41,711 nucleotides of DNA from Clostridiales bacterium (GTDB taxonomy: Bacteria > Bacillota > Clostridia > Christensenellales > Borkfalkiaceae), in the NCBI GenBank assembly GCA_021635425.1, contig JAJWOJ010000001.1, forward strand, positions 1 to 41,711, given 5' to 3'. Of this stretch, positions 8,022 to 16,973 are shown piece by piece; the stretch's first letter is position 1; each line of letters begins with the position of its first letter. The notes under the pieces are model-generated. The model made no database searches. It had not been told where the DNA came from and saw only the letters and a program-made list of their open reading frames with translations. The translations under genes and the position numbers were made by a program.

Positions 8022-9959
8022 ATGAAAGATAAATTAAAGAAAACGGCATGTTTATGCATGTCCGCGGCGATGCTTTTCGCGGCGACGGCTTGCGGTGATT
8101 CGGGTAACGGCGGAAACACGTCTTCGGGCGGCGGCACCTCGGCAAGCGAATCGACGACGGATAAGCTCCCTAACGATAACAGATATTTAACTCCGCAGGA
8201 GTACAGTATCGCAAATCTCACCGCGATCGACGATTACGGCAGAACGGTTACCGTCAAAGACCCGAATAACGACTCAAAAAAATATCTCGGAATGTTCTAT
8301 TTCGCCTGGCTCGGAAGTCAGGGAAGTACGGGCGTTTACGACGTAACGAAGCTTGAAAGGGATAATCCCGACGCTCTTTACGACCCGACGAACACCACCG
8401 ATTCTCCCGCATGGCAGTTCCATTTCAACAGCGAACCGCTTTTCGGCTATTATTCGATGAAAGACCCGTGGGTTATCACCCGTCACATCGAAATGCTCAC
8501 TTTCGCGGGTGTGGATTACGTGCTTTTCGACTTCACGAACGCCGTGACGTATAACGACGTCGTTCAGCTCTTTTTGGAGACTGCGAAGAAATTTAAAGAT
8601 CAGGGCTGGAACGTTCCGAAGGTAGGGTTTTACACGAACAGCTATTCGCTCAATACCTTAAACACCGTTTACAACAGATTTTACGCAAACGGTCAGTATG
8701 ACGACATGTGGTTCCGTTTCGACGGCGACCAAAGACCCGTTATCGTAGGCGTATCCACGGCGAACGGCGGCGCAACCGATCAGACGGACTCGTCGCAGTT
8801 TATTTCGACGGACAGCGACGTGTATAAATTCTTTAATTTCTATGAGTCGCAGTGGCCGTCTTCTTCAAATAAAAATCAGGAGAAGGGCTTCCCCTGGATG
8901 CAGTGGGGCGACCCCGTTCCCAACGAGAACGGATTCATTTCCGTTTCGGTCGCTCAGCACTCCGCGGCAAGCGTTTTCTTCTCAGATCAGCTCATGAACT
9001 CTTCGAGAGGATTCAACGGCAAGGGCGGAAAGGAAACCGACTGGAAGAAAGGCGCGAATTTCCAATGGCAGTGGGATACGGCTTTTGCTTACGACAAAGT
9101 CGGATTGGTTAAAAACATCTTTATAACCGGCTGGAACGAATGGACGGCTATCAAATATCCGTCGGGCAAATATCACACCGACGCCAACAGATGGCTGGGC
9201 ATTCCTAACGGCGCGAGTGGTTACACCGGTAAAGAAGTGTGGTTCGTGGACGATTACGATGCGGAATATTCGAGAGAAGTGGAGCCGGGCAAAGAATACG
9301 GCGACGGATTCTACATTCAGCTTGCTTCAAACGGCAGACAATTCAAGATGAACGACGCTAAAAAATACAACATGAAGAAAAAGACCATTGCCGACATCTC
9401 CGATTTCTCGGCATGGAAAAACGTCTTCGTGGAATATGCCGACTTTGCGGGCGACGCTATCGCGCGTGACGGCGAAAACGCGGCAAACGTTCCCCATTCT
9501 TATACGGACAACTCCAACCGTAACGACATTAAGACGATAAAAGTCGCTCATAACGACGAATATCTCTATTTCTACGTCGAAACGGCGGACGACATAACCG
9601 AATATAACGGAACGGATACCAACTGGATGAATATTCTCATTTCCGCGGGAAACACCGAAACTTCGTTCGCGGGCTTCAATTATATCGTAAACCGTTCGGT
9701 TTCGAATGGAAAAACTTCGATAGAGAAGTGCAGCGCGAAAGGTTTCAACTGGACTAAGTCGGGCGAGGGCGAAATAGCCGTTTCGGGCAATAAAATGGCT
9801 GTTAAAATTCCGCTTTCCGCACTTGGTCTCACGGCGGATAACGTAGAGGTTTCGTTCAAGGTCTGCGATAACGTTCAGCATCCCGACGATATTCTCGATT
9901 ATTACGTCACGGGCGACTCTGCTCCTATCGGCAGATTCGGTTACGCTTACGGCAAATAA
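8022..9959 (+). CDS. Lipoprotein, putative glycoside hydrolase with a GH99/WbsX-like TIM-barrel region plus a C-terminal beta-sandwich domain
   Basis: ATG 8022 has GAGGA 5 nt upstream; the ORF track begins at an in-frame TTG at 8010. The lipobox is FAATAC-GDSGNG. Motifs EPLFGYYSMKDPWVITRHIEMLTFAGVDYVLFD and ITGWNEWTA...DDYDAEYSREVEP resemble GH99/WbsX-type signatures. The family call is tentative. Confidence 0.6.
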   Translation: MKDKLKKTACLCMSAAMLFAATACGDSGNGGNTSSGGGTSASESTTDKLPNDNRYLTPQEYSIANLTAIDDYGRTVTVKDPNNDSKKYLGMFYFAWLGSQGSTGVYDVTKLERDNPDALYDPTNTTDSPAWQFHFNSEPLFGYYSMKDPWVITRHIEMLTFAGVDYVLFDFTNAVTYNDVVQLFLETAKKFKDQGWNVPKVGFYTNSYSLNTLNTVYNRFYANGQYDDMWFRFDGDQRPVIVGVSTANGGATDQTDSSQFISTDSDVYKFFNFYESQWPSSSNKNQEKGFPWMQWGDPVPNENGFISVSVAQHSAASVFFSDQLMNSSRGFNGKGGKETDWKKGANFQWQWDTAFAYDKVGLVKNIFITGWNEWTAIKYPSGKYHTDANRWLGIPNGASGYTGKEVWFVDDYDAEYSREVEPGKEYGDGFYIQLASNGRQFKMNDAKKYNMKKKTIADISDFSAWKNVFVEYADFAGDAIARDGENAANVPHSYTDNSNRNDIKTIKVAHNDEYLYFYVETADDITEYNGTDTNWMNILISAGNTETSFAGFNYIVNRSVSNGKTSIEKCSAKGFNWTKSGEGEIAVSGNKMAVKIPLSALGLTADNVEVSFKVCDNVQHPDDILDYYVTGDSAPIGRFGYAYGK

Positions 9960-10065
9960 GCCGCGTAAAAACACGGCTTTCGGCGGCGGATAGCTGCAAA
10001 TTCGCGGCAAACCGCTTATAAATCAGGAAATAAATCGGGTTCAAACCGATTTCAGGAGGAAAAAT

Positions 10066-13000
10066 ATGAAAAGGAAAATGGCAATGGTCTTAATGACCCT
10101 GGTTATGGCTGTGTCGCTCGTATTCGGAATGACTACGATAGCTCAAGCCTCAACCGAAATAGCATGGCCTGAAACGTTTACGTCTTCGGCATGGAGCGGT
10201 GCAACCGAGCTTCGCCTTCCTACGAACTACGGCGATTTCAACGGAGGAGACCTTAATCCTACGGCAGAAAATCTCGGAAAAGTAAGAATTACGAGAGGCG
10301 AAACGGTATACAAAGCTTCCAACGTTTACGGTTGGAATAACAAACTCACGTTCTATTTCAACAATACGGGTTACAACGGACAGGCGGCTCAGAGAGGCGA
10401 TATTCTCACGGTCGACGCGGGATTCGCTGTTTCGAAAAACGGTAACGAATATAACTGCACAAACGGAAAGAATTATATTTTCACGGGTACTGCCTGGGTA
10501 GACGGAACCGAACTTCCTCAGGAAGCGGAAGCGTTTGTTCTCGGAGACGTTTCTTCGACGAAAGGCGCGCAGATAGAGATTGCAAGCACTCAGCTTTTAA
10601 CGGGCGGCGACGAAGCCGAACTTACGGTAAATGCGGCAACTAATATTTCTATGACTGCTGCGGACGGCGAAGTTTACACTCCCAGCCACATCAGACAGAT
10701 TGTTTCGAGAAAGACTTTCAAGCTTTACTTCCTTAATGCAAACGGAAACGGAAAGAAATATTCTTTCGATTCTGCTGCAAAGGGCGACCTTCTTACTATA
10801 AAGAAAGGCTTTGCGATTAAAGGAAATTTCAATCTCGAAGCTAAAGAAGATATCAATTATATTTATACGGGTGCCGCTTGGATTCAAGGAGCAGAACTGC
10901 CCGTAGAGAAAGGCGAAATGACCGTTACGAAATTCGGTATGACGAGTTCTCACGGCAAAACCGACGCACTTCTTTATATCAACACCGACGCGGAAAATAC
11001 GACCGACTTCGGCGACGCGGATAAATCTTATCCGAGAGGATTCGTAACGTTTACGTTTGCGGACGGCACCGTCGGCGACGTATGGTATGCGAGAATCTGC
11101 AAAGACGAAGTAAGGCTTTTCGTTCGTAACAAAAACGGACAGGGCAATCTTAACGCAAAGAGCCTTGCAAGAGGGGATAAATTCGTTATCAAAACGGGTT
11201 TTGCGATCTCTTCCGACGGAGCAACCGAAGTTAAGGCAGACCTTAATTATATTTACACCGGTTCGGAATGGATTTCGGGAACGGAACTTCCTAAGGAAGC
11301 CGAAGAGTTGGTTCTCGGAGACGTTTCCGCATTCTTTGTTTCGGGTACCCAGATTGAAATCGGTTGTACCGTATTCACGGGCGGCGACGAAAAGGATTTA
11401 ACGGTAGAGAACGCAGATAAAATCGTTCTTACCGATACGACGGGAAAGACTTACGCTTCAAGTCACAGAAGACAGATTCCTTCGAGAAAAGCGTTTAAAC
11501 TCTATTTCAATAATACAGGTTATTCGTTCGACTCTGCACAACGCGGAGATAAACTCGTTATAGGAGCGGGCTTCGCTATTAAAGGCGACTACAATTATGT
11601 TGTAAAGAGCGATATAACGTACTTGTATACGGGAACGTGTTGGGTTAAAGCGACTGAACTTCCCGCAGAGAAAACAGAACTCAAAGTCAACAGCATTACC
11701 GCAGGCGTAGGCGTTTCGGGAGAAAATAGAGGCGACGCTCTCGTATATGTTAATACCGATTCTTCAAGCGACGTAAACAACGGCAATGCAGACGTTGCCG
11801 AACTTCGCAATTTCGTAAGATATACGTTTGCGGGAGAGAAGGTTGCGTACGGAAACGTATGGTATGCGAGAGTCAACAAAGCCGAAGCGAGATTCTTCGT
11901 TCGTCAGAAAGATAACGCGGCGTTGAATATGGCTGTTTCCGACATAGCGAAAGGCGATAAATTTACCGTAAAAAAAGGTTTCTCTATCGGCAACGCCGAA
12001 GTTAAAGCGGACGTTACCTATATTTTCAACGGAAACATATGGGTTGACGAAGCCGATTACGTCGATTACAGCAAATTCACCAAGACGGGTATCGTTGCGG
12101 ACGAAACCGAAATCACTCTTTATAAGGGCGATAAATTCGTAGTCCCCGCTCTTCATTACACTTACAAGGAAGAAGTTAAGGTTCCCGAGCTTGTCGAAGA
12201 AGAAGTTACCGTCGAGAACGCTCCCGATATGAATACGGTAAACGAAGACGGTTATGACGTAACGCTTAAAGCAGGCGGGTTCTCGCTCACGTTAAAGGTT
12301 AAAGTTCTTGCAACCACGGATATTTCCGTGTCGAACGTAATCGCAGATCTTGCATGGAACAGAATTCAGGTTATAACCACTTCCGGAAACGAAGCTAACA
12401 ACACAGCTTCGCAGAAAGAATATCTCGGATATTTCTCTTATATGAGAAACGGCGAGGAACTTACGATAGACAACTATATCACTCTTACCAAAAACTATGC
12501 GCTCGACGTTATGGTTGACGGTAATCATCTTATTTCGGGCGGAGTAAGCGGCATTAAGGTCGGCGATACTCTCACGATAAAGAAAGGTCTCCCGGGTGTT
12601 AACGGCGAAAGACTCGCAGAAACAGTAACTTACGTTTACAACGGATCTCAGTTCGTAGTTCTCGTAGAACCCGAAACGTTCGAACTCGCGGAAACTTCGG
12701 CAACGGTGTTCATCAACGTTACAAAAAAAATCGTCGTTAAAGACGACGATAAGGTAACCGCGGTTTACTCTTACGTTTCCGATCATCCCGAAATCGCAAC
12801 CGTTTCTCCTTACGGCGTTATCACGGGCGTTAAGGAAGGTACGGCAAAGATTACCGTTTCTTACAAGAACCTTGCGAAAGAGCTGACTGTTACCGTTAAG
12901 CCCGAACCCGCGAAAACGGGTATCGAAATCGTAACCGATATCACGAAATTCTATGTCCCCGTTTCCACAACCGAGGCTCCCACGTCGTTTGTCAAGGCGG

Positions 13001-14367
13001 GTTACACTCTTAAAGCCCGTTACGTTTACGAAGGCGGAGAATACGGCGAAGAGTTCGATGTAACCGAAGATCAGATCGGCGAAATAGATTATACGACGGC
13101 GGGCAACTACGACCTTACCGTAACCGTAGGCGAGTTTAAGTCGGCAGTAAACGTCGAAGTTTATAACTACAGAGAGGTTACTTCTTTCAATACGCTCGGC
13201 GTAAGCGGATATGATATCAACGACGACAGAAACGCTTCGGGAACCTGGAACGGTCACATGATAATAAGCATGTCTTCCGTATCCACAAGCGCGGGCAATC
13301 TTCTTTCCACCGCCTCCTGCGAGACGATGAGCGAATATATCGTTTACACGACCGCAGACGGCAAAACTTACTACGGCAAAGGCGATAAGGACAAGGAAAT
13401 CGATGACAGAATAGGTCTCTGGCAACTCGGCACGAACCTTCTTATCATGATTAAACCCGAAGGCGCAACCGCTAACCTCGGTTACGGCAGCGAAGATCAC
13501 TGGAAGAAGGACGCTCAGCATCCTTACGTCCCCATTTACAAACTCGGAGATAAGATTACCTTCAAGAAAGGTATGCCTATCTACGCTTGGAAGGGCGCGT
13601 TGGACGGAAGCAATAAGCCGCTTGAAGGCGCGGGATGTCTCATCGTCGAAGGAATAGTAACCGAAGATATCGTTTACTTCTGCTATGAAGACAACGGAAC
13701 GAGCAGTCTCTGGATGATTTATAAGGAATACACCGGTTTCACCGTAACGGCGGAAAAGACCATGTCGCTCGGAACGGCAAGCCCCGCGGGTGCGGTTAAA
13801 GTTCCCGCAGACGCTACGACGGGTACGTTCGCTTACGTTTCCGATCATCCCGAAATCGTTTCCGTAACCAAAGACGGCAACATGCTTGCGGAAAAAGTCG
13901 GCACGGCAACAATAACTATCACCCTGACGGGCGGCAAAGACGCGGACGGCAACGATCTCGCTCCTATCGTAAAGACTATCAAAGTTACCGTTAAAAACGG
14001 AATCAAGAGCATCTCGGGCAAGATAACCGTTCAGAAAGACGCTCAGGTCAACCTCGGAGATTACGAAATTACCGTTAAGTATTCCGACGGGTCGGAAGTT
14101 AAGGTTAAGCTTGACGACGAAAGAGTCGTCGTTGAAGATATCGACGCTTCCACGGTCGGAACCACAACGGCAAACATTCTCTTCAACGACGGAACCGAAC
14201 AGAAGAGAGGAACGATTACCGTTGAAGTAGTTGAAAAAACAGCACCCGCTGACAGCGGAAATTCTGGCAAAAAGGGCTGCGGCGGAAGCTTCGGCGGGCT
14301 TGGAATTTTAGGCGGACTGGCTGTTGCGGCGGCTGTCGTGATCAACAAGAAAAAGCGCGATAACTGA
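10066..14367 (+). CDS. Giant cell-surface protein with signal peptide, at least 7 copies of an unrecognised ~125-aa module, two Big_2-type Ig-like domains and a C-terminal KKGCGGS/TM anchor
   Basis: SD is AGGAGG. The signal peptide ends TTIAQA-ST. The repeated core is GD-x-h-T/V-h-K/x-x-GF-x-I...Y-I-Y/F-T/N-G-x-x-W. Big_2-like segments are YVSDHPEIATVSPYGVITGVKEGTAKITVSY and YVSDHPEIVSVTKDGNMLAEKVGTATITITL. The tail is SGKKGCGGSFGGLGILGGLAVAAAVVINKKKRDN. Confidence 0.85.
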   Translation: MKRKMAMVLMTLVMAVSLVFGMTTIAQASTEIAWPETFTSSAWSGATELRLPTNYGDFNGGDLNPTAENLGKVRITRGETVYKASNVYGWNNKLTFYFNNTGYNGQAAQRGDILTVDAGFAVSKNGNEYNCTNGKNYIFTGTAWVDGTELPQEAEAFVLGDVSSTKGAQIEIASTQLLTGGDEAELTVNAATNISMTAADGEVYTPSHIRQIVSRKTFKLYFLNANGNGKKYSFDSAAKGDLLTIKKGFAIKGNFNLEAKEDINYIYTGAAWIQGAELPVEKGEMTVTKFGMTSSHGKTDALLYINTDAENTTDFGDADKSYPRGFVTFTFADGTVGDVWYARICKDEVRLFVRNKNGQGNLNAKSLARGDKFVIKTGFAISSDGATEVKADLNYIYTGSEWISGTELPKEAEELVLGDVSAFFVSGTQIEIGCTVFTGGDEKDLTVENADKIVLTDTTGKTYASSHRRQIPSRKAFKLYFNNTGYSFDSAQRGDKLVIGAGFAIKGDYNYVVKSDITYLYTGTCWVKATELPAEKTELKVNSITAGVGVSGENRGDALVYVNTDSSSDVNNGNADVAELRNFVRYTFAGEKVAYGNVWYARVNKAEARFFVRQKDNAALNMAVSDIAKGDKFTVKKGFSIGNAEVKADVTYIFNGNIWVDEADYVDYSKFTKTGIVADETEITLYKGDKFVVPALHYTYKEEVKVPELVEEEVTVENAPDMNTVNEDGYDVTLKAGGFSLTLKVKVLATTDISVSNVIADLAWNRIQVITTSGNEANNTASQKEYLGYFSYMRNGEELTIDNYITLTKNYALDVMVDGNHLISGGVSGIKVGDTLTIKKGLPGVNGERLAETVTYVYNGSQFVVLVEPETFELAETSATVFINVTKKIVVKDDDKVTAVYSYVSDHPEIATVSPYGVITGVKEGTAKITVSYKNLAKELTVTVKPEPAKTGIEIVTDITKFYVPVSTTEAPTSFVKAGYTLKARYVYEGGEYGEEFDVTEDQIGEIDYTTAGNYDLTVTVGEFKSAVNVEVYNYREVTSFNTLGVSGYDINDDRNASGTWNGHMIISMSSVSTSAGNLLSTASCETMSEYIVYTTADGKTYYGKGDKDKEIDDRIGLWQLGTNLLIMIKPEGATANLGYGSEDHWKKDAQHPYVPIYKLGDKITFKKGMPIYAWKGALDGSNKPLEGAGCLIVEGIVTEDIVYFCYEDNGTSSLWMIYKEYTGFTVTAEKTMSLGTASPAGAVKVPADATTGTFAYVSDHPEIVSVTKDGNMLAEKVGTATITITLTGGKDADGNDLAPIVKTIKVTVKNGIKSISGKITVQKDAQVNLGDYEITVKYSDGSEVKVKLDDERVVVEDIDASTVGTTTANILFNDGTEQKRGTITVEVVEKTAPADSGNSGKKGCGGSFGGLGILGGLAVAAAVVINKKKRDN
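10537..12061 (+). repeat. Two tandem ~255-aa super-repeats (each holding two modules) inside the 1433-aa surface protein gene
   Basis: Both units open with the identical 17-mer GTTCTCGGAGACGTTTC (at 10537 and 11311). Each encodes LGDVS...TGGDE.(E/D)LTV...Y.(P/S)SH.RQI.SRK.FKLYF...GD.L.I..GFAIKG..., followed by ...DALLY(I/V)NTD...VWYAR(I/V).K.E.R.FVR.K...GDKF.(I/V)K.GF.I. Confidence 0.75.
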
Positions 14368-14407
14368 CTTATAGGCAGACTTTTAAAGACTAATGAATAA
14401 CGTTTTC

Positions 14408-14430
14408 CCCCGCGGCTTATCGCCGCGGGG
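14408..14430 (+). other. GC-rich intercistronic stem-loop (9-bp perfect stem, no U-tract)
   Basis: CCCCGCGGC (14408-14416), loop TTATC, GCCGCGGGG (14422-14430). It lies between the surface-protein stop (14367) and the GH78 start. Confidence 0.5.
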
Positions 14431-14445
14431 AAGAAAACGAATTTT

Positions 14446-16926
14446 ATGAAAGGTAATATGATTAAAATAACCGAAATAAAAACAGAACACAAAGTAAATG
14501 CTCTCGGCGTAGACGGAAATCCGCTTATAAGATGGAAATACGAAGGCGACGACCAGATTTCTTACAGACTTAAAGTGAAGCTTTCCGAGGTTTACGGAAA
14601 AGGCGACGTCTGCGTTTTCGACAGCGGAGAAGTTAACTCTGCCGATAATTTTTGCAGGGCGGACGGGGAAAAACTCGAACGCGGCAAAAAATACGACGTG
14701 GTTATTTCCTTAAACGGAGAAAAGGCGACCGAAGGCGGAGAGTCTTGTTTCCGGACTGCGATTATCCGCGAGGATTTCAAAGGCGATTGGGTCAATCTTC
14801 CCGTGAACAGTCAGGGCGGCTCTTCGCTTTACAGAATAAGAGGCAGATTGGATAAAAAGCCCGTGCTTGCTACGGCATACGTCGCAGGTATCGGATATAA
14901 CGAGCTGTATATAAACGGCAAAAAGGTCGGCGACGAACTTTTATCCCCCGCAACTTCCGATTACGCCAAGCGCATTTACTATAATACCTACGACGTAACC
15001 GATATCTTAGAAATCGGCGACAACGTGTTCGGCGTTGAAGTGGCTCACGGCTGGCTCGGCGCAAAGCGCATGCTTTTGCAGGTGAACGTTCTGTTCGACG
15101 ACGGAACGGAAACCGAATTTCATTCGGCTGTAGGCTGCGGATGGTGGGTTCGCGGCGGTGCGGTGAGAGAAAACAGCATTTACGACGGTGAAACTTACGA
15201 CGCGAGATATGAGGACGAAACGGCTCCGCATTGGGCTTCGCCCGAGTTTGAGCCTACCTGGGAAAACGGCTGGATGTACACCGTTTTCGCCGATATGCCC
15301 GCGGAAAATCTCAAACCTCAGAAAATCGAACCGATAAGAGTTTGCGACGAATACGCCCCTTTGTCTTTCAGAGAATACGAAGGATCGACGATCGTCGATT
15401 TCGGCGCGAATATCGCGGGCGTATGCGAAATCGAAGTTACGGGCGAGAGAGGTGCGGAAATAACCCTTAAATACGGCGAGAGGCTTGACGACAAGGGCGA
15501 CGTGAACAGACTGAACCTCAGAAGCGCGAAAGCCACGGATAAGTATATCTTAAAGGGCGAAGGCGTTGAAAAATACATGCCGAGGTTCACTTACCACGGC
15601 TTCCAGTACGTCAAAATAGAAATTTCTGGCAAAGCGACGGTTAAAAAGATAGTTGCGAAACATGTTCACACAGATACGAAAATAGTCGGAAATTTCGCTT
15701 GTTCCGACGAAAAACTCAATTATCTGCACAAAATCGCCGTGAGAACGGAGCATAACAACGAACATTCCATTTTGACCGATTGTCCGCAGAGAGACGAAAG
15801 ATTCGGCTGGCTTAACGATCTCGGCGCAAGGCTTTATCAGACCGTTTATAACTGCGATATGTCTTCGTTTTTCCCGAAGTTCACCGCAGATATAACCGAC
15901 ACTCAGCTTAAAGGCGGCGAGATAGGCGACACCGCGCCTTTCTACACGGGCGGCAGACCCGCCGACCCCGTGTGCGTGGTCTATCTTATGATGCCCCTTT
16001 ACTGCTATTCTTTATACGGCGACGATTCGGTAATAAAAACGGAATATCCTAACCTTAAAAAGTGGGTCGATTTCCTCCTTTCCAAAACCGAAAACGGCAT
16101 AATGACCTATTCTTACTATGCCGATTGGGTCAATCCCACGTGTTTCGGCGTTAAGGCGGACAATCTCTTCGTCTCCACGCTCTCTCTTTACTGGCATCTT
16201 AAACTTATGATTAAGATTTCCGAAGTTGCGGGCGAGAAAGAGGACGAGAAGTTTTACGCCGCGAGAGCGGAAGAGGTTAAAAATGCGATTAACGCCAAGT
16301 ATTATAACGAGAAAACTCATTCTTACGCCGGCGGTACGCAGACCGAAAACGCAATGCCGGTTACTCTCGGAGTAGCCCCCGAAAAAGACAGAGCGGCTAT
16401 CGCGGAAAACGTCGTTAAAGACGTTATCGCGAGAAATTATCATTCGACTTGCGGAAACGTCGGGTACAGACACCTGTTCTACGTTCTCGGAGAGTTCGGG
16501 TATCAGGATGCGGCGATTAAAATTCTCGAAAATCCCGAATATCCCGGTTGGGGATATATGGTGGAAAACGGCGCAACGTCGGTGTGGGAGAGATGGGAAA
16601 GCGAGATGTCCAACGAGATGGATTCGTTCGACCACCCGATGTTCGGAAGTTACGACGCGTTTTTCTACGCCTTCCTCGGCGGCATAACCGTGGACGATAA
16701 TGCGTTTGCGTGCGATAAAATTACAATTTCGCCCGTGAAACCGTCGGGTATGACTTACGTGAATTGCAGCTTCGATACGGTGAGAGGTAAGATTGTTTCA
16801 TGCTGGAAACAGGACGGAGACAAGACGTTATATCACGTCGAAATCCCTTGCGGAATAACCGCTCGTTTCAAGGCTCAGGGCGTTGAAAAAACTCTTGTTC
16901 ACGGCGTATACGACATTAAAATATAA
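14446..16926 (+). CDS. Alpha-L-rhamnosidase, glycoside hydrolase family 78 (cytoplasmic, no signal peptide)
   Basis: The N-domain signature is ATAYVAGIGYNELYINGKKVGDELLSPATSDYAKRIYYNTYDVTDIL. The catalytic (alpha/alpha)6 signature is ILTDCPQRDERFGWLNDLG. The 826-aa size fits. An alternative start exists at 14458. Confidence 0.9.
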   Translation: MKGNMIKITEIKTEHKVNALGVDGNPLIRWKYEGDDQISYRLKVKLSEVYGKGDVCVFDSGEVNSADNFCRADGEKLERGKKYDVVISLNGEKATEGGESCFRTAIIREDFKGDWVNLPVNSQGGSSLYRIRGRLDKKPVLATAYVAGIGYNELYINGKKVGDELLSPATSDYAKRIYYNTYDVTDILEIGDNVFGVEVAHGWLGAKRMLLQVNVLFDDGTETEFHSAVGCGWWVRGGAVRENSIYDGETYDARYEDETAPHWASPEFEPTWENGWMYTVFADMPAENLKPQKIEPIRVCDEYAPLSFREYEGSTIVDFGANIAGVCEIEVTGERGAEITLKYGERLDDKGDVNRLNLRSAKATDKYILKGEGVEKYMPRFTYHGFQYVKIEISGKATVKKIVAKHVHTDTKIVGNFACSDEKLNYLHKIAVRTEHNNEHSILTDCPQRDERFGWLNDLGARLYQTVYNCDMSSFFPKFTADITDTQLKGGEIGDTAPFYTGGRPADPVCVVYLMMPLYCYSLYGDDSVIKTEYPNLKKWVDFLLSKTENGIMTYSYYADWVNPTCFGVKADNLFVSTLSLYWHLKLMIKISEVAGEKEDEKFYAARAEEVKNAINAKYYNEKTHSYAGGTQTENAMPVTLGVAPEKDRAAIAENVVKDVIARNYHSTCGNVGYRHLFYVLGEFGYQDAAIKILENPEYPGWGYMVENGATSVWERWESEMSNEMDSFDHPMFGSYDAFFYAFLGGITVDDNAFACDKITISPVKPSGMTYVNCSFDTVRGKIVSCWKQDGDKTLYHVEIPCGITARFKAQGVEKTLVHGVYDIKI

Positions 16927-16973
16927 GGCTATAAGTCGATAAACGCTATGTTTATCGGCTTATAAATAAATTT

